DNA of 44,729 nucleotides, from positions 1 through 44,729 of the IMG/VR virus record IMGVR_UViG_2049941001_000006. The stretch is one strand, 5' to 3'. Position 1 is the stretch's first letter. The number at the start of each line of letters is the position of its first letter. This DNA comes from a virus. The position numbers and the translations under genes were made by a program. The notes beneath the pieces were generated by a model that ran no database searches, was not told where the DNA came from, and worked only from the letters and a program-made list of their open reading frames with translations. Positions 24,319 to 31,042 of the stretch are shown one piece after another.

Positions 24319-24525
24319 ATGACCATGTGCAAATGCGCAGATGAAATGGACGCGAAGTTGAAAGACTACGGCGGAAAGCTAGTGCGAGCAATTGCCCTGC
24401 GCGGCAACACGATGATCGCACGGCTGCTGGTCAGCACTGAAAAGACCGACCCGAAAAAGCGCAAGCCGTTGCCGGTTGTTGCTGCCAGCTTTTGCCCTTT
24501 CTGCGGCGAGCGAGTTGCGGACTAA
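24319..24525 (+). CDS. Small zinc-ribbon-like protein (68 aa)
   Basis: CKC at the N-terminus and CPFCGERV at the C-terminus. AAGGAA RBS; an alternative ATG lies at 24325. The stop TAA lies inside GACTAAC of the truncated element. Confidence 0.55.
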   Translation: MTMCKCADEMDAKLKDYGGKLVRAIALRGNTMIARLLVSTEKTDPKKRKPLPVVAASFCPFCGERVAD

Positions 24526-24556
24526 CAATCGATACACCGCCGAAAAACGGCGTATC
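24520..24556. repeat. Truncated / atypical fifth element (GACTAACAA + short hairpin)
   Basis: GACTAACAATC followed by GATACACCGCCG-AAAAA-CGGCGTATC. It has the AAC-containing end only and no GTTRRRY partner on the + strand. Confidence 0.4.
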
Positions 24557-24609
24557 CGGCCAGGTCGGGGCCATTCAAATACCCATTCAGAATAAGTGGA
24601 GCGAACACC

Positions 24610-24753
24610 ATGCTGATGACCACGTTCGTATTCGGAATCGTCCTGGGCGCCGGGCTGTTCACCGGGGCATCGGCGATGCTGGCGGTGTCGATGGCGGCCG
24701 AGGTCGCATTCCGGGCTTGGCGCCACCGGCGAGGAGGGGCCGATGCAGCCTGA
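24610..24753 (+). CDS. Small membrane protein (47 aa)
   Basis: This ORF is not in the track because it is under 60 aa. GGAG RBS. The product is MLMTTFVFGIVLGAGLFTGASAMLAVSMAAEVAFRAWRHRRGGADAA, with one or two TM segments. Confidence 0.4.
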   Translation: MLMTTFVFGIVLGAGLFTGASAMLAVSMAAEVAFRAWRHRRGGADAA

Positions 24754-24970
24754 TTGCTTTGTGATGTCCAAGGCCCTCATCAGGGCGGTCCGACGCTATG
24801 CGCACGGGGCCAAGGGGCTGGATCAGGAAACCTACCGGCTGCACCTGTCGGCCGTGGGGGCTCGCCATACGAACGAGCTGACGCGGCATCAGCACCAGGC
24901 TCTGATGGAACGGCTGCGCAGCCTGCCGGATCGCCCGCGGCCGGCCAGTCGGGGAGGGCGGGGCGCATGA
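24743..24970 (+). CDS. GemA / Mu gp16-like (DUF1018) regulatory protein
   Basis: GAGGAGG RBS. KALIRAVRRYAHGAKGLDQETYRLHLSAVGARHTNELTRHQHQALMERL fits the DUF1018 pattern (li..ih.a...lGLdd.tYR..l...g). Confidence 0.5.
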   Translation: MQPDCFVMSKALIRAVRRYAHGAKGLDQETYRLHLSAVGARHTNELTRHQHQALMERLRSLPDRPRPASRGGRGA

Positions 24971-25203
24971 ATCACGCTCCGACCGTGCGCGATCTTCTCG
25001 CCATCGCGCCGCAGCCGCACCGCTTCAGCGATCACGCGTTGGCGCGTGCGCTGCGCACCTCGCCGCCGGTGGTGCGCGAGCTGAAGGCGCAGGCCGCGCA
25101 TTTGACACACCCCAGTCGGGACGAGGCGCGGTTGATGGCCGAGCTGGGGATCAATCTGGCCGAGGCCCGGACGTGGCTGGCCATGCAGGGAGTGACACGA
25201 TGA
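24967..25203 (+). CDS. Hypothetical protein (78 aa)
   Basis: ATGA overlaps on both sides. Confidence 0.45.
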   Translation: MNHAPTVRDLLAIAPQPHRFSDHALARALRTSPPVVRELKAQAAHLTHPSRDEARLMAELGINLAEARTWLAMQGVTR

Positions 25204-25655
25204 GCAGAGGGCAGCAGGTGGTGGTGGTGACCGGGCGGCTGTCCGCTGATCCGGTGGTCGAGGCGCCAGCGGCGGGCGGGCTGATTGCCAGGCTGTCCAT
25301 CCCGGTGGACGAGCGCTACACGAGCCGCAGCGGCGAGGTGGTCGAGCATACGGAATGGCTGGAGGTCAAGCTGTTCGGGCGCCAGGCCGAGGTCGCGCAG
25401 CAATACCTGGCCAAAGGTCACCTGGTCACGGTGACCGGCCGGCAGCACACGGAGAAGTGGCAGGCGCAGGACGGGTCGCCACGATCGCGGACGTACATCT
25501 ACGCGGCCGCCCGGGGCGGGCTGACGCTGCTGGGCGGAAATGAGCACACCCGCACGCGGGACGAGCATCGAGGGCGGCACGGTGCCGGTGGTGCGGCTGT
25601 CGCTGCCCAGGCGGTCACCAGCACGACGGAGGTGGACGATGACATCCCGTTCTGA
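25200..25655 (+). CDS. ssb: Single-stranded DNA-binding protein
   Basis: OB-fold pattern VVVVTGRLSADP..TEWLEVKLFGRQAEVAQQYLAKGHLVTVTGRQ, plus the acidic tail DDDIPF. Confidence 0.9.
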   Translation: MSRGQQVVVVTGRLSADPVVEAPAAGGLIARLSIPVDERYTSRSGEVVEHTEWLEVKLFGRQAEVAQQYLAKGHLVTVTGRQHTEKWQAQDGSPRSRTYIYAAARGGLTLLGGNEHTRTRDEHRGRHGAGGAAVAAQAVTSTTEVDDDIPF

Positions 25656-25656
25656 C

Positions 25657-26703
25657 TCAATCCGGGCTGACGCGCCGGGCGCGGGGGTGATGGCTGATCG
25701 CGGTGCGCAGGTCGTCCAGATCCACGCCGAGATACAGCGCGGTCGTCACCACCGAGCTGTGCCCCAGCAGTTGCGCGATCGCCATGAGATCGCAGCCGTT
25801 GCGGCGCAATTCGCTCGCGAAGCTGGCGCGCAGCAGGTGCGGGTAGTGGCCCTGCCAGGGGCGGCTGGACAGATGCGATTCCAGCCGCTGGTAGCCGCAG
25901 CCCAGGCCGAGCGAACGACGCGCATGGCGGTTCACGATCACCCAGACCGAGCGGGCGTCCCGCAGCGGCCGACCTGTGCGGGTGACGAACAGCATGGCGT
26001 TCTTTCCGGGGCCTGTGGTGCGGCGCTGGCGCAGGTAGGTCTCGAACAGGCCATACCAGGCCTCTCCATAGGGCACGTATCGGTCCTTCGCGCCCTTGCC
26101 ATGAACCAGCAGCAGCCCGCCATCGAGGACGGAGCCGAGCTGCAGGCCGGCCAGCTCGCCGGCGCGCAGGCCGCATTGATACAGCGTGGCCATGGCGAAA
26201 TGGTCGCGAACCCCGGTGAAGGTGCTCAGGTCGGGCGAGGCCAGCAGGCGGCCGACCTCTGCATCACTGAGGGCGCGCACGATGCGCTCGGGACGGCGGC
26301 GCATTTTCGGGAAGTCCGTTGGCACCCACGCGCCCGGCTGCACCAGCGGCAGCCAGTCGAACCAGGCGCGAAGCGCGCTGATCTCGAGGTTGAGCCGCGC
26401 AGGACCAACCGTTTCCTGACGCATGCGGAAGTAGCGCAGCAGCGGATCGTGCGAAGCCCCTGGCGGCAAGGTTCCGCCCACGTCAAGCCCAGCATGGGCC
26501 AGGAACCGCCGCACGGCGCCCGTGTATTCGCGCACCGTGCCATCCGCAGCGCCCACCGACGACAGGTAGACGCCGAAGCGCTCCGGCAACGTCATGGACA
26601 GCAGCGCGGCAGCCCGCCGACCTAAGACATATCCACGTTTTTTCGACATAACCAGCCAACCCATAGCACGTAGATGCCGCCGAAACGCACACCGGAAAGC
26701 CAT
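25657..26703 (-). CDS. int: Tyrosine recombinase / phage integrase (no. 2), adjacent to the AT-rich attP-like region
   Basis: GLRAGEL (Arg), HGKGAKDRYVP (Lys), HLLRASFAS (H-x-x-R), LLGHSSVVTTALYL (His..Tyr). Alternative starts lie at 26664 and 26649. It lacks the IntI-specific extra domain. Confidence 0.9.
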   Translation of the reverse strand: MAFRCAFRRHLRAMGWLVMSKKRGYVLGRRAAALLSMTLPERFGVYLSSVGAADGTVREYTGAVRRFLAHAGLDVGGTLPPGASHDPLLRYFRMRQETVGPARLNLEISALRAWFDWLPLVQPGAWVPTDFPKMRRRPERIVRALSDAEVGRLLASPDLSTFTGVRDHFAMATLYQCGLRAGELAGLQLGSVLDGGLLLVHGKGAKDRYVPYGEAWYGLFETYLRQRRTTGPGKNAMLFVTRTGRPLRDARSVWVIVNRHARRSLGLGCGYQRLESHLSSRPWQGHYPHLLRASFASELRRNGCDLMAIAQLLGHSSVVTTALYLGVDLDDLRTAISHHPRARRVSPD

Positions 26704-26775
26704 TCAACCCATTGATTTCAAAGTGATATGCATGGCGACCCCACCGGGCCACACCGCCCGTGATGACATAATATG

Positions 26776-26798
26776 TACTTGGTTACATGGACCAAGTA
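26776..26798. promoter_or_regulatory. Candidate recombination core site (8-bp inverted arms, 7-bp spacer)
   Basis: TACTTGGT-TACATGG-ACCAAGTA lies in the only strongly AT-rich intergenic region, next to the integrase gene. Confidence 0.4.
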
Positions 26799-26965
26799 AT
26801 TGATTATTAAGGGGTTTCATTCCGATTGAGTTTATCGGCGGCGAGGGATGCAGCAATGCTCATGCCACGCCTAATAACAGACGCAACAGCTCCATCGGAG
26901 CACATTCACAACGCTACCGGCACGGGCCAGCAACGGCACGTCACAGGCGTTACACGGGGGCGCTC

Positions 26966-28078
26966 ATGAGTTCCTCCGCACATCTCCCTGACCCGCCGGT
27001 GCCGGCCAACGTGGTTCTGAGGGATTTCCACTACATGCCACTCGACGTGGCCAGGCTGCGGGACAGTGGCCTGGCCAGCCAGGCCACAGGTGAGGAGTTC
27101 CGCGCCGCGGTGCTCCTTTGGTGCGCGTCCTGGCATCAAACGCCGGCCGGAAGTCTCCCGTCGGATGAAAAAATTCTTGCGAACCTCGCGGGATTTGGTC
27201 GATCAGTTCGTGATTGGCGGAAGGTTTCCGCCATGGCGCTGCACGGCTGGACGCAGTGTAGCGATGGCCGCCTGTACCACCGAGTCGTCGCCGAGAAGGC
27301 GCTGGAAGCCTGGCGCGAGCGCCTGCGGAACCGCTGGCGCACTGAGTGCGGGCGCATCAAGAAGAGCGCACAACGTACTGATTCGCAACCAAAATATCCG
27401 GCGTTCGAGGAATGGATGGCGCGTTTCGAGGCCACGGGTGAGACCCAATGGCCTAGCGGCGATGTCCCCGTGTACGCCAAGCGCGTGTCCCCGGGGACAC
27501 GGCGGGGACGGCCCAGGGATGTCCCCGGGAAAATTCCTCTGAAGGGAAGGGAAGCGAAGCGAAGCGAAGCTAAGGGAAGAGAAGGGAAGGGAAAACCTAT
27601 CGATGACTCTACGAAGTTAAGTAATCCAGATAACGAGCGATCTGATGCATGGCTGGGCGCCATGGCCGGCCTGGCGCGCGTGCTGCGGGACATGGGGTGG
27701 GGCGACTGCGCAGACGGTCATCCAGAGCTGCGCCGGGCCGCTCAGGCGGGAGTCGACCCGCGGTTGCTGCAAGCGGCAGCCGCGGGCAGGGGCGGCAAAC
27801 CGGTGGCCTACGTGGTGCAGCGAGCGATCGGGATGCTCCAGGACGCAGCCGGCCCGCACAGCGCAGCGCCATCGCCACCACCTCCGCCGGCGCCTGAGCT
27901 GGTGGAGGCGCGAGCGGCACTGACCGAGTTGGACGACCGGCTCATCGCGCTGCGGCATGACCACCAGGTTCTGGGGCTCATCGATGAGCCCACATTCCGT
28001 GAGCGGGCCGCCGCGCTGGAGGCGGCGAGGCGCGAGCTGACGGCGCACCTGGAACAGCTGCAGGGAGGGCTCCATTGA
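26966..28078 (+). CDS. Replication initiation-type protein, DUF1376 (YdaU-like) N-terminal domain
   Basis: FHYMPLDVARLRDSGLASQATGEEFRAAVLLWCASWHQTPAGSLPSDEKILANLAG is the DUF1376 signature. A low-complexity Lys/Arg/Glu/Gly linker is encoded by the polypurine tract. Confidence 0.75.
   Translation: MSSSAHLPDPPVPANVVLRDFHYMPLDVARLRDSGLASQATGEEFRAAVLLWCASWHQTPAGSLPSDEKILANLAGFGRSVRDWRKVSAMALHGWTQCSDGRLYHRVVAEKALEAWRERLRNRWRTECGRIKKSAQRTDSQPKYPAFEEWMARFEATGETQWPSGDVPVYAKRVSPGTRRGRPRDVPGKIPLKGREAKRSEAKGREGKGKPIDDSTKLSNPDNERSDAWLGAMAGLARVLRDMGWGDCADGHPELRRAAQAGVDPRLLQAAAAGRGGKPVAYVVQRAIGMLQDAAGPHSAAPSPPPPPAPELVEARAALTELDDRLIALRHDHQVLGLIDEPTFRERAAALEAARRELTAHLEQLQGGLH
27462..27527. repeat. Iteron-like cluster: GTCCCC/GGGGAC x5, including (A/G)TGTCCCCG x3 and the palindrome GTCCCCGGGGAC
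   Basis: ATGTCCCCG occurs at 27462 and 27519, and GTGTCCCCG at 27485. GGGGAC occurs at 27493 and 27504. Confidence 0.5.
27541..27595 (+). repeat. 55-nt near-pure polypurine tract with 5-nt periodicity and mirror symmetry
   Basis: GAAGGGAAGGGAAGCGAAGCGAAGCGAAGCTAAGGGAAGAGAAGGGAAGGGAAAA. It lies in-frame inside the replication gene. Confidence 0.9.
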
Positions 28079-28412
28079 TGGCTAAGTGCCTGAAATTGCT
28101 GGCAAACGCGGTTGTGCAAGGGGCGCCACAAGGCGCGGTGGCGGCGCTGCGCTGCCCGCGGCTGTTGGGCGGTCGCTGGGGGGGCTCGGCGCATGCACCA
28201 CAATGGTGCAAAACCGAACCGGCCAACCGGGGGCTGCAACCCGTTGATTCTGCGGCGGTTCCCCGTGCCCTGCCGGTCGGGGCGGCACGGTGGCCTGTGC
28301 CAGTGAGCCCCCCCCCTTCCGATCCGGGCAGGCGGGCCCTGGGTCGCCGAGCTATTGCCCCCTCGAAAAATGGGAGGGGATTTGGGGGGCGCGTGCCGCC
28401 CCGGGGTGCGGT

Positions 28413-29573
28413 ATGAGCTCGCCGGGGCAGGCGCGAGAGTTGCCGGGGGCGCTGCCGTCGGCGGTGATGCAGGCCCTGCAGGGGCTGCCGAACGGGCCAC
28501 AGTTGCCGGCCTACCGGGCGATGCTGCTGGCCGAGCACGCCAGCTTCGCCACGGTCATGCGGCGCGTGGAGCGTCTCGGGATGGCGCCATCAGCCCTGGC
28601 CGAACTGTGGCTGTGGCTGGCGCACCTGGTCATCGACATGGGGTCGCGGCCGTCCACCACCGGGCAGAGCTATGCACGGACGGTCGGGCGGTTCCTGGGC
28701 TGGGCGTCATCGGCCGGGGTGGACTACGCCGCGGCGACCATCGGCGATTTCGATCGCTGGCAGCGCTGGCTGGCGATCGAGATGCGTTGCGGCCCGGCCT
28801 GGCGCCGGCAGCAGGTGCAGGCCCTGCGCAATTTCTACGATTGGCGGCGGAGTCGAGGCCTTGCACGAGAAAACCTTGCGGCCGACGTGCGCGGGCCGAG
28901 GGTGAAGCCGAGGCCCGCGCGGCGGTACACCGACGAACAGCTGCGCGCGCTGTTCAGGGTGGTGGATCAGGCGCGTGAGCCGGTACGCACCCGTGACCGC
29001 TGCGCGCTGCTGCTGCTGCTGGCTGCCGGCCTGCGTCGCGAGGAGTTGTCCAGCCTGCGCCTGTCGCAGCTGGAGCTGACCCGGCGCAAGGGCGTGGTGC
29101 ACGTGTTCGGCAAGGGGGCGAAGGAGCGCGACGTGCCGTTCGAGGGGCCGGTGGTCGAGGCGCTGCATGCCTGGCTGGCCGCTCGCGAGACGCTGCCGTT
29201 TCTGGTGGACCAGGAGGCGCTGTTCGTGGCGCTGACGTCGCCATCGCGCGGGCAGTCGCTGTCGCTGCGCAGCGTGGACTCGCTGGTCGTCCACTACGCC
29301 CGCATTGCCCGGCTGCGCGAGTGGGGGGTGCATCGATTCCGGGTCACGTTTGCCACGCAGCTCTACGACGACGGTGCGGACATCGAGACGATCCGCGCCC
29401 TGATGGGGCACGAGAGCATCGAGACCACCCGCCGCTACCTCGCGGTGTCCGAGCGCGCCCGGCGCACTCGGTTGAGCGCCGAGCGCCAGCACCGGGTGCT
29501 CGGGACGGCGTCCAGCGGGACGCCGCTGTGGTGGCGGCTCGCCACCGGGGAGTTGGGCCGTGACTACGATTGA
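28413..29573 (+). CDS. Tyrosine recombinase, XerC/D-like (no. 3)
   Basis: GLRREEL (Arg), FGKGAKERDVP (Lys), HRFRVTFAT (H-x-x-R), LMGHESIETTRRYL (His..Tyr). The first ATG with a sensible N-terminus is 28413. Confidence 0.85.
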   Translation: MSSPGQARELPGALPSAVMQALQGLPNGPQLPAYRAMLLAEHASFATVMRRVERLGMAPSALAELWLWLAHLVIDMGSRPSTTGQSYARTVGRFLGWASSAGVDYAAATIGDFDRWQRWLAIEMRCGPAWRRQQVQALRNFYDWRRSRGLARENLAADVRGPRVKPRPARRYTDEQLRALFRVVDQAREPVRTRDRCALLLLLAAGLRREELSSLRLSQLELTRRKGVVHVFGKGAKERDVPFEGPVVEALHAWLAARETLPFLVDQEALFVALTSPSRGQSLSLRSVDSLVVHYARIARLREWGVHRFRVTFATQLYDDGADIETIRALMGHESIETTRRYLAVSERARRTRLSAERQHRVLGTASSGTPLWWRLATGELGRDYD

Positions 29574-29970
29574 GGGCGTGGCATTCAGTGGCCGCGGCGA
29601 GCCGGTCACGGACTTCGAGGTGGCGCTGTTGGCCGGGTACCGCGGCGACCTGCCGCTGGCGCTGCTCGGGCAGCGGCTGATCGAGGCGCTCGGTGCTCGG
29701 ACGGGCTGCCAGGCATTGGCGATCACGCTGGACGAGCTGGGGGGCGATGCCTCGGAGACGCGCCTGCGCCGCCGCTATGTCCCGCCGCGGCGATCGTTTT
29801 TCCAGCAACTGTGGCGCCCGCAGCGCGATGCCTTGGTGCTGGCCCTGGTGCGTGCCGGCTACAGCTACAACGCCGTCGCCCAGCAGGCCGGGCTGACCCG
29901 CCAGGGGGTCGGCAGGATCGTCATGGACGCCCGTCGTGGGGGGGGGGCAACTGATGACATGGACAGTTGA
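29560..29970 (+). CDS. HTH protein upstream of the packaging genes (regulator or small-terminase partner)
   Basis: GTG start overlapping the integrase end. The C-terminal HTH is LVRAGYSYNAVAQQAGLTRQGVGRIV. A G10 tract lies near the 3' end. Confidence 0.45.
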   Translation: MTTIEGVAFSGRGEPVTDFEVALLAGYRGDLPLALLGQRLIEALGARTGCQALAITLDELGGDASETRLRRRYVPPRRSFFQQLWRPQRDALVLALVRAGYSYNAVAQQAGLTRQGVGRIVMDARRGGGATDDMDS

Positions 29971-29996
29971 CAGCCGGGCATCGGATAACCGCGCCC

Positions 29997-30713
29997 ATGA
30001 CCGTATCCCGCCACCGCCGCAAGCTGAGCCCGGCCGAACTGGCCCAGCGCCGCGCGGCCGCGAAGAAATCCACCGGCCCGCGGACGCTGGAGGGCAAGGC
30101 GCGCTCCAGCCGGAACGGTTTCAAGCACGGCCTGACCAGCAAGATGCACCTGGCCAGTTTCGACAACGGGCTGCAATCGCTGCTGGGCGCGGTGGCCCGC
30201 CCCTGCCTGTCGACCTGCCCGAAATACCCCTGCTCGCTGGTCGACGACGGCACCACGCGGCCGGGCGGGTCATGCCTCGACAAGCAGGTCTATGTCCAGG
30301 CGTTTGCCGCGATCGTCGATGCCGTCGAGCGGGGCGCGACCGAGGGCATCCACGGGGTGATGGCGGGCGAAATGGCCGCCTCGCTGCAGTTGATCCACGA
30401 CCTACGCACGCTGATGGCCAGCCAGGGCCTGGTGATCCCGGTGCCGATGATCAACGACGAGGGCAGCGTCATCACCCGCGCGGATGGCACCGAGGTCATC
30501 GGGAAGATGATCGCAAACCCGGCCTGGGAAATGCTGTTCAAGGCGATCGAGCGACTGGGCATCAACCTGCCCGAGCTGCTGGTCACGCCGAAATCCCAGG
30601 CTCAGGCGAAGGTCGATGGCGAGAAGGTCGACGCGATGCAGACCATCCTGGGTGGCATCTTCCAGCGCGGCGCCGCCGCCAGGCGCGGCGCTTTGACGGC
30701 GGGAGGGGACTGA
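29997..30713 (+). CDS. Putative small terminase subunit / packaging-associated protein
   Basis: The gene lies two genes upstream of TerL (separated by 30713..31042). It has a basic N-terminus, RRKLSPAELAQRRAAAKKSTGPRTLEGKARSSRNGFKHGLTS. An alternative TTG start lies at 29967. Confidence 0.4.
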   Translation: MTVSRHRRKLSPAELAQRRAAAKKSTGPRTLEGKARSSRNGFKHGLTSKMHLASFDNGLQSLLGAVARPCLSTCPKYPCSLVDDGTTRPGGSCLDKQVYVQAFAAIVDAVERGATEGIHGVMAGEMAASLQLIHDLRTLMASQGLVIPVPMINDEGSVITRADGTEVIGKMIANPAWEMLFKAIERLGINLPELLVTPKSQAQAKVDGEKVDAMQTILGGIFQRGAAARRGALTAGGD

Positions 30714-31042
30714 TGGTCGCCGCGGACATCCTGCCGATCCTGCGGCGCTGGCAGGCCGTCCTGGTCGGCCTGGACGATGCGCTGGAGCCGCTGCGCAGCG
30801 CCACCGGAATAGCGCCGGAATGCCCGATCAACGCGGCCATCTACGCCGCCATCGGGCTGTGCAACGAATGGGCAGCGCAGCGGATCGGCTGCGAGGTGTC
30901 CGCGCTGGAATGGTGGTGGCTGGAGAATGATTTCGGTGAGCGCGGCCATGAGGCCGGCAGCGCCGATGGCGCATCTTTCCCGCCGCGACCGATGCGCACG
31001 CTGGCGGACTACGCCGACCTGCTGGCCTGGGAGGTGGCCTGA
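30713..31042 (+). CDS. Hypothetical protein (109 aa)
   Basis: GGGAGGGG RBS, with ATGA overlaps on both sides. Confidence 0.5.
   Translation: MVAADILPILRRWQAVLVGLDDALEPLRSATGIAPECPINAAIYAAIGLCNEWAAQRIGCEVSALEWWWLENDFGERGHEAGSADGASFPPRPMRTLADYADLLAWEVA

Larger units (their letters stand above)
23336..24556. mobile_element. Integron-like gene-cassette array lacking an integrase (CALIN candidate): 4 full attC-like sites plus 1 truncated, 5 small ORFs
   Basis: See the individual repeat features. The island has lower GC, and each small ORF is followed by a 60-bp RYYYAAC...GTTRRRY imperfect palindrome. Confidence 0.6.

Noticed and set aside
25657-26703. Any of the three tyrosine recombinases as an integron integrase (IntI)
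   Set aside because: None shows the IntI-specific additional domain (the ALER..W.W-type insertion before the H-x-x-R box). Recombinase no. 2 has only a short unrelated insertion. This was judged by eye, and a profile search should confirm it.
27541-27595. Polypurine repeat considered as a phase-variable microsatellite
   Set aside because: The units are imperfect (GAAGG/GAAGC/TAAGG/GAAGA), and the tract is in frame and encodes a plausible linker. An ori/structural role seems more likely.
28078-28416. 113-aa ORF with ATGA overlaps at both ends
   Set aside because: It is not called as a gene. The product looks like off-frame sequence, GC3 is lower than in the neighbours, and it contains a C9 tract. 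It is kept as a finding because the evidence is ambiguous.
29938-29947. G10 tract considered as a programmed frameshift site fusing the HTH gene to the next gene
   Set aside because: One shifted frame stops within 10 nt. The other enters a non-coding-looking frame, so no sensible fusion product results.
29936-31042. 368-aa plus-strand ORF overlapping three shorter genes
   Set aside because: Only its last 109 codons (30713..31042, with a GGGAGGGG RBS) look coding. The upstream part is Arg/Gly/Pro-rich and overlaps the better-supported 29997..30713 frame.
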